DNA from: Cetorhinus maximus
Taxonomy: Eukaryota
DNA: 64,000 bases
Assembly: GCF_964194155.1 (NCBI RefSeq)
Contig: NC_135896.1
Coordinates: 31,000,001 to 31,064,000 of the forward strand
Direction: 5' to 3'
The notes beneath the pieces were generated by a model that worked only from the letters and a program-made list of their open reading frames with translations, was not told the DNA's origin and did no database searches. Made by a program: the position numbers and the translations under genes. The number at the start of each line of letters is the position of its first letter. The stretch's first letter is position 1. Below, in pieces: positions 11,969 through 24,334 of the stretch.

Positions 11969-12678
11969 TTGCACAGCCTGGGCACGGGTGCTGGTCACTT
12001 CTACATATTGTTCACTATTGTCAATAAACACCTAAGAATGTTTCCTTGCTTGTGGTTCCTTGTTCTGATGAGCAGTGTTTTTGTCACTCGGATATGAAAC
12101 TTTTCTGCACAAGATGAAAAGCAAGGGTCTCAGTCCAGGGCCTCTTCCCTGTGCTTTGTGCAGCCTTCAGACCAAGTGATGGTCCGGCCTCACACTCCCT
12201 GGACACATTACTGATGCCTGCTCCTTGGCGGTGCTGGTCATTGCTGCCAGAATGGAGTGGGCAGGCGCCACAGTGTTCTGTCATTCTCTCTGTGTGCTCT
12301 CAGCACCTTTAAGGTGGGGCTGGCCCTCACCACACCAGCATCTGCGACCAGTGATGCTGTGCACCAGCTCCTGAAGGGCTCAGGTGCTGAAGGTGGACAC
12401 AGCATCAGATGCATATAAAGTTTCATGGCTGCGTCTCTGAAATGGCCCTGATCATGGAGCGCAAGCGAGGTGCCCTCGGCCAGACAGGAGTCAGACATTC
12501 TCAGAGGCTATGTGAAGATTCATGGAGTGTCCTCACTGCATGTTGTCATCATCCTCCTGCGATCAAGTGACTATTAGGGCCTCCACTGCGTCTCCATGAC
12601 AGGAGCATTCTCACAGAGGGTTGTGGCGCTGCCATAATCCAGACTGGAGTCAAACGTTCACAACTGCGATGTGAGGAT

Positions 12679-13904
12679 CTATGGGAACATCTCACTGCAC
12701 GTTGTCATGATCCTCCACAAATCTGGCAGCTGTGAGGGCCTCCCAAGCGTGCCTGCCTCATCTAGCCAGTGCGAGAGCCTCATCCCTGTCATCGTCATCA
12801 CTGAGGTCCTACTCACCCTCTTCCCCGCTGTCATTCTCCTTCTCTGAAGAGACCTCCAGCTCCTCCATCTCCTCCTCAGCCAGCTTGGCTGCCCTTTGGA
12901 GCACCAGGTTGTAAAGGGCGCAGCAGATGATGATGATGCGTGACACCCTCTGTGGACTGTATTGCAGGGCATCGCCAGACCGGTCCAGTCACCAGAACCG
13001 CATCTTCAGCATCCCGATGGTCTGCTCCACCAAGTTGCGAGCTACAGCATGAGCTTCATTTTACTGTCGCTCTGCTGCAGTCTGAGGCCGCTGCACGGTT
13101 GCCTCTGCGGGTAGCCGTTGCCCCCGAGGAGCCACCCCTACAGCCTCTGTGAACACTGGGATCTCCAAGCGACTGAGGATGTAGGCATCATGCACACTCC
13201 CTGGAAACCGTGCGCATACCTGCAGGATGTGTTTCTGGTGGTCACATACCAGCTGCCCATTCAGTGAGTGGAAGCCCTTGCAGTTGATGAAGTCCACTGA
13301 GTGTAGCGATGGAGATCTGAGCGCCACATGAGTGCAGTCGATCACACCCTGCACCTGTGGGAATCCCGAGATCAGGGATAATCCAATGGCCCTTGCGTCC
13401 TGGCTGTTCTGGTCCCGGGCGAAATGCACAAAGTTGTGTGCCATGGAGAAGACGGCATCCGTGACCTCATGGATGCATTTGTGGGTGGCGGCTTGTGAGA
13501 TCTCACAGAAGTCACCTGTGGAGCCGTGAAAGGAGCCACTGGCATAGAAACTGAGTGCCGCAGTCACTTTCACAGCCACTGGCAGTGGATGCCCTCTATG
13601 TCCCCTTGGCGCTAAGTCCTGCAGTAAGTGGCAGATATGAACGAGATCCCTAGACATGCACCGTCTTCAGTGACACTGGTTCTTGGTCATCTGCAGGAAT
13701 GGCAGGCGGCATCGATAGTCTTTTGGCGCCAACCAGCCATGGCTCGCTGTTGCTCCTGGGCAGCATGTACAGGAGCCCAGCAGCCCCTTCTTCCTGAGGT
13801 GGCTGCTCCTGCCTTTGCATGGCCAGGAGCCTCAGCTGCTCTCTCCTCCGTCTTCTTCTGTTTCTGTAGAACTTCAGGCATACAGCCAGGTCACCAGAAT
13901 CCAT
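12679..13904 (-). pseudogene. HARBI1-like (DDE_Tnp_4) Harbinger transposase, frameshifted
   Basis: PLPVAVKVTAALSFYASGSF, GFPQVQGVIDCTHV, FINCKGFHSLNGQLVCD and RFPGSVHDAYIL in ORF 13061-13657. N-terminus in ORF 13650-13904, followed by an acidic C-terminus. Confidence 0.92.
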
Positions 13905-15325
13905 GACCCTGACGTGGGCCTCCTACAGCATGAAAGAGAGGGAGAAACATGGTTATCATGGCTAACCTTTCCTGGCCCTGTGCGACCGCCCCTTAATGCT
14001 TCCCGGGAAGTGCTGGCCACCCCTCAGATGGCCACAGATGAGGGCGCTGCATGGCTGCCCTGTCAGCCTGCGACGTGGGTGAGACTGGTCCAAATTGGAA
14101 GGCTGAGACTGCAAGGGGCTGTGAGTGCCTCAAGCAGTGACTGCTATATGACTAGCATTGGCGAGCAGATTGTCCAACTTGTGCAGTCCAACTGCTGCGC
14201 GGTCCAGTAAAGTGGTCGCAGACTCGCAGTCTGTGCCGGGGACCGGGGTGGCGGGGGGCAAGGTCTGGAGGGCTTGGTGGCACATTGGTGCCTCTGCATT
14301 GCTTGCATGGGCAGGCAGGGCTAGGAGCCCGACCCCAATCATATCACTGTGGCTGCGCCTGATCTGTCTTAGTTGCAGAGGCCTGGTCAGTTTATACAGG
14401 TATCCCCAATGCGTGGCCACTTCCCTCACCTACCCTGGCCCCCCACCTCGATTGCTTGTGCACGGGATCCAACGCCAGGGCAGCAGTTGCTCCCGGATGC
14501 CACCACCCCGAGTACAGTCACCTCTGGGGCCAGGCAGCAGTTGTCCACGGACAACACCTCCCTGAAAACAGTTGCCCCCGAGGCAGGACGGCACTTCACC
14601 CAGGCAACCCCCCAGGCGCCCCTGAAGCCTGCAAGGCAACGGGCGACCCTGGCGAGCTGTGGAAAACGATGCTGCTCTCTCACCTCATTTCCCCCAAAGT
14701 GAAGGCTGCCGAGTGCACGTCACCTCTGTGCTGCTGTGAAGCACGTCGATGTGCTTTCCCGCTGAGGTGGACGGGCGAGCTGGTGGGGGGTCCAGAGCCT
14801 GGCGCGATGGCCTTTTAATGAGACTGATGTATTACAATGAGCTCCCCGCCGACCGTTGGCAGGAAACGCTGCCCGCCATCAGCAGGCTGAGCGGACGATC
14901 ATGACCTACCTTCCCATCGCCGTTAGCCAGGTCGCGCCATATGGTCCACACCCGCCACCTATCACGCCCGCTGCCAGCGGGTATGGAAAATTACACCCAA
15001 CGTGTTTTTGTGATGTTGCGGTGTGAAGATGAGAATGCTCCCAACCGTGATACACTAATCATTAATAATTTATCGGGATGAGTTAGATTTTGCTTAATTG
15101 TTGGAAACGAAGCTAAATACAAAGATGTGTGGGAAATAAATTCTTTAAAACAGCAAGAAAGTACAGATTTACGAAAGAGCCCTGCAATGTTTGACAGGAA
15201 ATGAACACATTCAGCTCATGAGTGGGAACACGGTTTGGTTTCATGAAGTCGAATTAAATATTTGTGTAAAATGACCATGACAGTATTGAAACCTGCAATC
15301 CTCTGATAACATCACGATTTATACA

Positions 15326-16722
15326 TGTTAAGACTGGGATGGGAGAAGTGCACAGATTCTCCAGCCCCACTACTCCATAGATCTCAAAAATAGTGTAATT
15401 GTTTAATTCACTCACCAGAATGGCCAATTGTTCACCTTCGCTACTGCTAGACCCAGCATAAAAGAAACTTTAACTAGGCTTCTTTCAATAAACTCAGGAT
15501 AATTGATTTATTATAAAACAAAGCTTCTTTTTAAAAAAAAACAAGTTGCAAAACTGGTTAGTGTACAATTTGTAATTCTGAAATGTAATGATTTACCTTT
15601 TTTTAAAAAATCCCAACATACATGCACGCACACACACAATAAAAAAAGAACAGGACAAATAAGGTCTCTGCAGAGGTTGGCGTAAGGAAACATTTTTGTT
15701 AAAAAAGGATGAAGTTTGAAAAGGCCTTGACCTGTCAATCTGATGGAGTGCTGGTCACAGCAGTTGTCTGGAAGTTCTTTCAGATAGATCTTTGGTGAAA
15801 CACTGTCTTTGTTAACTCTCACTTGTTGCAATTTCACTGGCTTTCAATACAGGTGAGTTATACTGAGGTGAGAATTTTCTAGCTGAATGTGAACACTCCA
15901 CTCTGGACTGCAGGCAATATAACAGTAGAGAAAGGGAGAGAGAGAAGCAACCTTCCTTTATAGTTTGCTCCCAAAGGCACACACAGCTTCGGGGTTTCCT
16001 TGACCCCACTCTCAGCTGCACTTAACTATCAGTGGCTCCCAGGGTTTCTTTTATCTCTAGCCTTTTTCACAGCATGGAGCCACCAAACATCTCCTGGGCT
16101 TTCTTCTGAGTCCCAATTGCACAGCCAGCTCACAACACTTTCTTTAACTTAACTGGGTCTTCTGTCTGTGCCCCTGCTGTGACACTTGCAGGCTGGCTTC
16201 CTGAAGCTGACTGCCTCAAACTGCCTCTCTGAATGAGCCTTGATCTTATCTGGGGAACCTATCAACACACTCACAATGGATCCCATCCTTGTCACTAGGC
16301 AGGAGCCCCTGTAGCAACATTGGAACATCCTGTCCCTTAAATATTACAATGTCCACAGGGACACACAAATCAATGGATTTCCTAACATACCAAAGTCAAA
16401 TGCATTATCCATCAGACCACACACACAGTCATAAGTCATGGATAAGGTATCTGGCTTCATGCTTTGCTGATGATGCTTAATGACACCACCCGCAATTGTG
16501 CAAATCAATACTGGCAGTTTTCCACCTTGGATTCTTTGAAATGATGTTGGTGTTTGCTCTGTGTATGCATGAACCACAGCACATGTGCAGAGTGATGTCT
16601 ACGGCCATCTTAAATTTCAGCAGCCATCTTAAATTTCAGCAGCCATCTTAAATTTCAGCGGCCATCTTAAATGTCAGCGGCCATCTTAAATGTCAGCGGC
16701 CACCTCAGCATTGCTGGCAACA
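15326..16722 (-). mobile_element. Probable solo LTR (~1.4 kb)
   Basis: TGTT...AACA termini with taca/caca flanks. The left end is organised like the LTR at 61944, and a minus-strand AATAAA lies at about 15507-15512. Confidence 0.5.
16602..16703. repeat. 19-bp tandem repeat, 5 copies plus a partial copy (c[ga]gccatcttaaat[tg]tcag), each unit with a YY1-type GCCATCTT core
   Basis: Read directly. Units start at 16602, 16621, 16640, 16659 and 16678. Confidence 0.9.
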
Positions 16723-18579
16723 CACACAGTGTCAGTTAAAACCAGGGATGAGCAAGAGGCCAGAGAAGCGCAGCTATCCTTTGTAGTTTTAAAGTAAAAA
16801 TTTGCTTTCAATTTCAGATTTAATGAACCTGCATTTATTTAAACATTGAAACAATAATAGTCTTTTTTTATCCTTCTTAGCTTCTCAGATTTTAAATAAA
16901 ACATTCACAAATTATAAACTTTAGACAGCTAAAGATCAAGAGAAAAATTGGTCAGATCAGAAAGAAACATTGACTCAGTCGAGGATTTTCCTGAAATGTC
17001 CTGCTCTAAGTTGAGCAGAACCATGGTCGCCACAGAAGGGTGAATCACACCCACCACACCCTGCCTCCCCACCAGCTGAGGGGAACCAAGTTTGTCAGTA
17101 ATACAGTACCTCAATATCAACCCTTCATTGAACTTGAGTTCTGCCAACCAATCTTGAAGGAAGATAGACTCCATTGTCGCACAGGTCATGAACTGCAAGT
17201 GCTGAGCATTTATCCTTTCATTATGCAGATTTGGAGAAACATTTTAGAGGAATGTACATGCTCAATGACATGAGCACGCAAGCAAACCGATTGATTAATC
17301 CAGGTAGCATGGCCAATTAAAACTAATTCAACTAACTAACCAGACTTGTAGTGGTGAGCTAATATGAGAGCATTGATTTGCAACATGAGATCATGGCATA
17401 CAGTGGATTTTGAGATAATGTATTATTTCTGGACATTGCCCAGGAGCTATAGAATCATGGAGCAATAGAAAATGAAAGAACATATGTGAAAGACGTTTGA
17501 CCCATCATGTTTGTGTTAACTCTTTTCTGGAGCAATTTGTATGTTTGCTTGCTTCAAATATTTATTTACATTTTTGTCAAAATCTCTGTCTCATCTACTG
17601 CCTAGCAAGCCAAAATCTTTATGGAAGACACTGTTGGAAAGGTTTCACTCCTGCAGTGACAACTAAGGATAGCATGGTGCCTACACTGATTCTGATCACT
17701 GCATTACCATTTACCATTACATTACTGAACCACTGAAAATCAGGTACAATGAGGCAAAAGAGACATTGGCACTTACTATCATGTACAGAGTAGCCTTGGT
17801 GTAGAGGCCCATATTGTTGCATGGTAAATGTTTCTAATATCCTCCATTCTCTGAGGCATCAGTGTTGCAACTGTTACAGAAAAATGGCTTAATGTATCAA
17901 ACAACGTCTGATTACCAGTTAAAGTTACTCAACTCAATTAGGTTTCTTGATTTTTTTCAAAGCTCCCTACAGAGGCTGTTCTTGTCTTGTGTCTGATTAT
18001 TGAAATCCTCTTTGCATCACTGTCCTTAATGGCCTACAATAATTGTCCTGAAGGGCTGTAACTGCATATTTATTTCAAATGGATTTTCACATAATTGCTG
18101 ATTCCTAAAGTTAAGTAAATGCTGGTTCTAAAAGCTCCACATCTCCCTTCACATTTAATTCAGAATCACTGATGTCCATTATTGTATTCCATTTCAACCT
18201 GCTCCCGGCCACCCAAGCTCACCCTCTGTTCAGACTCACCACCCGCCCCCCCAATATAAAGATCCCAAGGATCTGAAGCCCACCCGAGTGTTGGGGATTA
18301 GATCCCCTCAGGCTTGTACACACTTCCCAGTGCTGGGGACTGGACATCCCTCTCCACTGGATCTATCTACTCCTGCATTCTGCTATGGATTCACCCCACC
18401 CACACCCATACCCACCCATCCCCAACCTGACTGGAAGCCAAGCCTGTCAATCAGTCAAGTACAAAAGATGCATGCTGTGGAGTTAAATCTTCACTCATGT
18501 AGGGAAACGTCTGGGGTTCCTGTCTGAAATTCTAACCCCACCCCGCTGACCCCCCAGCCTACATAATCCACCCCTGTTA

Positions 18580-18930
18580 ATATCCAGGTCTATGCCTCTA
18601 TTTCGAAAGCCAAGGAAACCAAAAGCCTTCTTAACAGCCTTTTCAACTTGTCCTGACATCTTCAAAAATTTGTGTATGCACACCCACGTCCCTTTTTCTT
18701 TCTACACCCCATTTAAAATTGCACCATGTGATTTATATTGCCTTTCATCATCTTCCCCACCAAACTTTCTGCATTAAATTTCATCTGCTATGTGTCTGAC
18801 CATTTCACCACTCTGTTACCATGCTCCTCATTGTGTACTAGATTTCCAAGTTTTGCTTCATCCACAAACTTTGAAATTACACCCGTGCACCCAAGTCCAG
18901 GTCATTACTATATATCAACATCCCTGAACC
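18580..18930 (-). mobile_element. CR1 RT fragment
   Basis: ORF 18495-18683 reads QVEKAVKKAFGFLGFRNRGI. Confidence 0.7.
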
Positions 18931-19189
18931 ATTAACGAGGTCTCCCCTGAGGCATTTTTGTAATGTGCTCTGATCTGCAGGCTTTGATGAAGGGTGCCTC
19001 CCACTTGGTCTTCTTCTCCTGTGTGTCTCTTCTCGTTTGGCTCCCATTAAAGGCTAATAGTGGATCCCAAGGTGAAGGCTCCATTGCTGATGAGTGGCAA
19101 AAAGAATCTGCTGAAGGACAGCTTGTAGAATCTTTGCTTCACAGTGCCGTAGAGAAAAAATGTTCTTGTGGTATCAAGGAGCCTTTGTA

Positions 19190-19990
19190 AAATTGAAGTC
19201 GATGGGAATTGGGGAAAACTCTACACTGACACAAAGGCAGCTGGTTGAGGTTGTTGGAGGTCAATCATCTTAGCTCAAGGATGTTGCTGTAAGAGTTCCT
19301 TAGGACAGTGTCCTCAGGCTAACTATCTTCAGCTGCTCCATCAATGACCTTCGCTCCATCATAATGTCAGAAGTGGGGATATTCACTGATGATTGCACAG
19401 TATTCAGTTCCACTCGTAACCCCTCAGGTACTTAAGTAGTCTGTGCCTGCATGCAGCAAGACCTGGACAACATTCAGGCTTGGGCTGATAAGTGGCAAGT
19501 AACATATGCGCCAAACAGGTTCCATATAATGACCTTCTCCAGCAAGAGAGAATCTAACCACCTCCCCTTGATATTCAACAGGATTACAATTGCTGAGCCC
19601 CTCACCATCAATATTCTGGGGGGTCACCATTGACCAGAAACTTAATTGGAACGGCCATATAAATACTGTGGCTAGAAGAGCAGGTCAGCAGCTGGGAATT
19701 CTGTGGCAAATAACTCACCTGACTCCCAAAAGCATTTTCACCATCTTCTACAATGAACAAGTCAGGAATACAATGGAATACTCTCCACTTACCTAAGTGG
19801 AGCTCTAACAACACTCAACAAGCCCAACACCATGCAGGTAAAAGCAGCCCAATTGATTGACACCCCGTCCACCACTTTAAACATTCATGCCCTCCACCAC
19901 CGATGTATAGTGGCAGCTCTGTGTACCATATAAGATGCGCTTTGGTAACTTACCAAGGCACCTTTGACAGCGCCTTCCAAATCGGTGACC
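19190..19990 (+). mobile_element. CR1/L2-group LINE RT and 3' fragment
   Basis: MQQDLDNIQAWADKWQVTYAP, GVTIDQKLNWNGHI and QVRNTMEYSP. Same family as 465-3110. Confidence 0.85.
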
Positions 19991-22277
19991 TTTTATTCCT
20001 TTTAGCTACGCCATTGGACTCCTCTGCAATACCTAGTTAAACCCTGATTCATGACAATAGCACAGCCACAATGTCTTAGCTACATTCTTTGTTGCCCCAA
20101 GTAGTCTGCATTCTTGTGCAAGTGCTGCCCTGATTATGTCCACAGCACTGGCCTCTATCTCTGGATAAATGAAAAAAACAATGAAGGCAGATAACTAAAT
20201 GTGGATTAATATATTTGCATTAACATGCTGAACTGCTGAATTAAACGAGTAATAATTAAACCCAAAGTATTTATTTCCTAAAAGCTCATTTTGTGTTCAT
20301 TGAAGTTATAATGCCAAGAAAAGCTCAGTACAGAGTGGCAAAAAAAAAAGCAGTAAAGAATGAGGAAGAGTGAGATGAGAATTCTGGCAAATAGATGATT
20401 CCCCAGCTTAAAGCTCGTCTCTTACACGCATAACGCTTTAGTCTAAATACCGTTACAAGCATCACATCCGCTGTTAGGGTGCTTATGGAAAATAGCCCTG
20501 AGCTTTAGGATATCAAAGATTTGAACCAAAGCTGCTATCTTCCTGCAATGTCATTTCAGCTTAAAATTTCTGTAAAAGCCCTTGCACATCTTTGGATAAA
20601 AGCTGAGGAGATTGCAAGAGTTGACAGGAAGCTTCACTGAGCAATCCATTTAATCAGCTCAAACGTACCAGTACATCAGTATGCCTCAGACATATACAGC
20701 ATCGCACACTCCTTTCATTGGCAGAAAAGCAATTGTACAGGTAGGGCTGAAAACAGAAAGAATATGCAATCAGCTGGGAAAGTGGAATTTCTATCAGACA
20801 ATAATATCTCCAGTGATAAAAATGGGTCGAAATGAAGCATGTGATATAGCCCCACCATTAACTTTCTATTTCAGCATCAAATGTCTTTTATTTATATAGT
20901 TTTCCAATTTAGATGCAAAAATAATGTACATATCTGCAGTCAGTTATATAGTAAAGGATTTAAAACATAATTCCCAACATTCTTGAATAAAGTTACACAT
21001 CTGCAATCTGACAATTGATGTCAAAAATATTATTCTGGATCTGAGAATATTTTCTGGGAAAATACTCCTATAGCCACTCATTTAAGCCATATTTCAAGCC
21101 ATTTAAGTTGAAACATTTCTTTCCTGTGTCCTACAGAGGCCAATTGGAAACTATTCAAACTATATTATAAAATTCTTGACTGAACGCAACCTAGTCTTTC
21201 TGAAATGTCATCAGCAGGTTCTTTCGACAGTAGCAATGCATCAGATAAAATCACTTAAAGCACTGACATTTTCGGTGGTCAGCTTTTCTGGGTTAGTTAG
21301 ACATGGCTGGTACGTTAGTCAAGACTGGCAACTTAGATGATATCCAAAAATAAGGGCTCAAACAAAATTAAAAGTTTTAAAGATTATGTAGTTCAAAATA
21401 ACATAATTACATTTATTTCACACTTATGTGATTGTCCATTGAATTGTCTTTTGTGTCTTTCAGTATCATCATTAACGGTTTTCTCTAAAGGCCGCAGCCT
21501 CTCCCAAAAGTCTGAGTCACGTCTTGATTTTCACACAGAGTTGTGATTCTGAGCAGAGTATGGAGTGTGCAGTCTAATCATGTGCAGTATACTAAATTTT
21601 CCTGGTTGCATCAATGTTACTTAGCTGGCAATATGGGTGAGATATTTTCTTTATCTCCTAGAATTTCCTGGCAATTTAGCTTTTCTTTAAATAATTATGT
21701 AAAGCATTTCAAAGGCCTGGCTGAAGTAAAATGTATATTGTGTGTTGTTTTTAAAAAGCAGAGATGCTGTGCTGTGAAGTTCTCCCTGACAACCTGAGCC
21801 CACAATTTGTGTCTGTGGGAGAAGGGCTCCTTCCACACCATTTGGAGAAAGCCTACAATTGCAGTTAGTACCCTGTTGACCCCAAGTTTCCACTTACTGC
21901 CGATTTTCACTTGCTCATATGAACAAACGAATTAGGAACAGGGGTAGGCCATTCGGCCCCTTGAGCCTGCTCCACCATTTGATAAGATCATGGCTGATCT
22001 GATATTTGTGGCCTCAGCTCTACTTTCCTCTCTAACCCCGTCCCTTTGACCCCCTTGTCAATCAAGAATCCATTTAGCTCAGCCTTAAAAATATTCAATG
22101 ACCCTGCGTCTACCACTTTCTGGGGAAAAGAATTTCACTGACTAAGCTCTGAGAGAAAAAAATTCTCCTCATCTTTGTCTTAAATGGGGGGACTCTTATT
22201 TTTAAACTATGTCCCCTAGTTCTGGTCTCTCCCACAAGGGGAAACATCCTCTGAGCATCTAGCCCTCAGAGTCTTAC

Positions 22278-23086
22278 AGCCAGAATTTTGTGCTTGTCAT
22301 GCGCATGCGATCAGCAGGCTCGGAAGCAGACGCGGTATGCGCTTTCGCCCACTATCGCAACTGACACTCGGTTTCATGCTGGCTGGCAACTTAACCAGCT
22401 CAGGGAGGCTCAGTGCTGCCGGAAGGGGGCTGGGAAAGGGTGGGTGCCAAGGGAAGTGAGGGTCCGGACAGGCGTTTCCAATGAGCTCCCTGAAGGCTGA
22501 CAACTGCTGTGGAGCCGCCTCAGGCAGTATTGCCCCACTGAAATTTTCACAAACAAAATTCAGCAAACTCTCCCTATAATGCAAATTCAAGCAACTGACA
22601 GCAGGACTCATAGCACCTCAACCCTCAAACAGCATTTATTTCATTTCATCCTGGACATTTTATCCCACCCTGGATCAAGTATGAAGCGGAAACGTGAAGG
22701 CCGCCTGGTCGATTGGCTCGTGTGCTAACTGTAAAAGCGCATGGGCCACATAAAATCTCTATTAATTGCCTCCTAAATGGGTTTAATTGCCCGCGTAATT
22801 GTCAATGGATGCGCTTCGGACACCTGCGCCCGCTGACTGTAATGTAGGGCGGGATTTTATACACCTGCCTGCCACCGGGATCTTCCGGTCCTGCCGCAAG
22901 TCAATGGACTTCTGGCAGGGGCGCTGCCTCGCCTGCGGCAGGTTCCTCCCACGACAGGGCCGGAAAATCCCAGCCATGCTGTGACAGCAGGATGATGTCG
23001 GGACACGGTGTCCAATGGTTTCTCATGCGATTTCACACAAGGTCAGGATGGGCATGCACCCGCTGGAGCTCCATACATTTCTGGCC
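22278..23086. mobile_element. Harbinger-type MITE (~800 bp) containing a nested smaller MITE
   Basis: TIRs agccagaatttt / catttctggcc and TSD tac/tat. Internal similarity to 49121-49750. Confidence 0.75.
22847..22975. mobile_element. Small Harbinger-type MITE (~130 bp)
   Basis: gggcgggatttt...aaaatcccagcc TIRs. Similar in size and ends to 61096-61224. Confidence 0.7.
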
Positions 23087-23619
23087 TATATGTTTCAATA
23101 GGATCACTTCTCATTCTTCCAGCCTCCAATGGGCATAGGTCCAACCTGTCCAACTTTTCCTCACAGGATACCCCTTCATCCCTGAAATCTGTCAAGTAAG
23201 CCTTCTCTGAACTGCTTCCAATGCAATTATATCCTGCCTTTAAGCCTCTTGGCTCCCAATCCCCCTTGTTTTGAGTTTCCTATGGTCATCCAACACTCCA
23301 AACCTCCCTAGGACCAAGTCCTGCTATAGTTTCCTTTTATTTGTTCTTGAGATGTGAGTATAGATGGCAATGCCAGCATTGCCCATCCCTGATTGTCCTT
23401 GAGCAGCTGGTGTTGATGTGTTTCAGTTCACTCAGGCAGACCATGAACTTTTACATGAATGTCGTAGTCTGGAACTAGGGATAGTGATGGCAGACGCTCC
23501 AACGTTCTTTCCATCACATGACTGACCAGGAATCTCACTCACTCTTACTCCCTGTCACTGGTATGAGTTGGAAGGGTTTCTAGTTGTTTCTAGTTGATAC
23601 TCAGCCTATTTAGCTGCAC

Positions 23620-23725
23620 TATAAATGCACCTTCCTTGGCCATCAACTCCTGTGGTGGGACTGAAACCCAGAGCTTCTGGTTCAGAGGCAGGGATGCTAC
23701 CCACTATGCCTCAAGAGCTCCTATA
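23620..23725 (-). mobile_element. tRNA-derived SINE head
   Basis: The reverse complement reads ggcatagtgggtagcatccctgcctctgaaccagaagctctgggtttcagtccca, with A- and B-box-like motifs. Confidence 0.55.
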
Positions 23726-24334
23726 GGCGGTGGTGAGCTGCCTGAAACTGAATGGCTTGCTAGACCTTTTCACAGGGCAATTAAGAGTCAATCACACTGG
23801 TGTAGGTCCGGAGCCACATGTAGGCCCAGAGCCATAAGTAGACCAGGCTGGATAAAGACGGCAGATTTCCTCCTCTTAAGTGAACAGGATGAATAGGGTG
23901 GCCAGTGTCAGAGGCCCAGAGTATCAGACACCAGATCAGCAGTGCTCTGGCACGGGAGGAAAGATGTCACCAACGCCACTTCACGCATGGAAATGACATT
24001 ATCACGGCCCTCCCATCCAATGCAGGGGTGAAAGGGTAGGGGGTGGAGGGGTGGAGGGGGGGGCAGAATTGTTGCCCGCCCTCAGCACTCACACATTCCA
24101 CAGGCAACTGGACCACCTGGCCAGGCCTCACAGGACCGTGCAGGGTCTGTTAAGCAAAGCCTGACACGCACTCCGATACAGGAGTTAGAAATAGAGGGAG
24201 GTGAGGGGAAGACATGGGCTAGAAGCTGAAGGGAAGCTGAGTACAGGCAGCATGGACACATAGCCTGTCCCCCAAGGCCCTTTCCACTCTCAACCCAGGC
24301 ACTGCCATAAAGTGAAGGTACTGCACAAGCCAGA

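Larger units (their letters stand above)
6913..14998. mobile_element. PIF/Harbinger DNA transposon copy A1 (Myb gene +, transposase -), with a CR1 inserted at 7130-10190
   Basis: TIRs ggacagaattttcc (6913-6926) and ggaaaattacaccc (14985-14998). 3-bp TSD aat/aac, compatible with CpG decay. Collinear with 30724-35276. Confidence 0.9.
21915..23240 (-). mobile_element. CR1 3' fragment interrupted by a MITE
   Basis: Tail region gaacaaacgaattaggaacaggggtaggccattcggccc. The CR1 text resumes at 23087 (tatatgtttcaatagg). Confidence 0.8.

Noticed and set aside
12679-13904. Host HARBI1 gene (and NAIF1/MSANTD for the Myb ORFs)
   Set aside because: Multiple frameshifted copies lie inside TIR/TSD-bounded elements, so these are transposon copies rather than domesticated genes.
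16602-16703. CRISPR array
   Set aside because: The units are contiguous with no unique spacers, there are no cas genes, and the context is eukaryotic.
16925-17275. Possible host exon
   Set aside because: Short ORFs on both strands with no recognisable homology.
18975-19020. Additional hammerhead (ttgatgaagggt)
   Set aside because: No GAAA or pairing helices follow.
23620-23725. tRNA gene
   Set aside because: It has a tRNA-like head only, with no complete cloverleaf, and continues into a SINE body.
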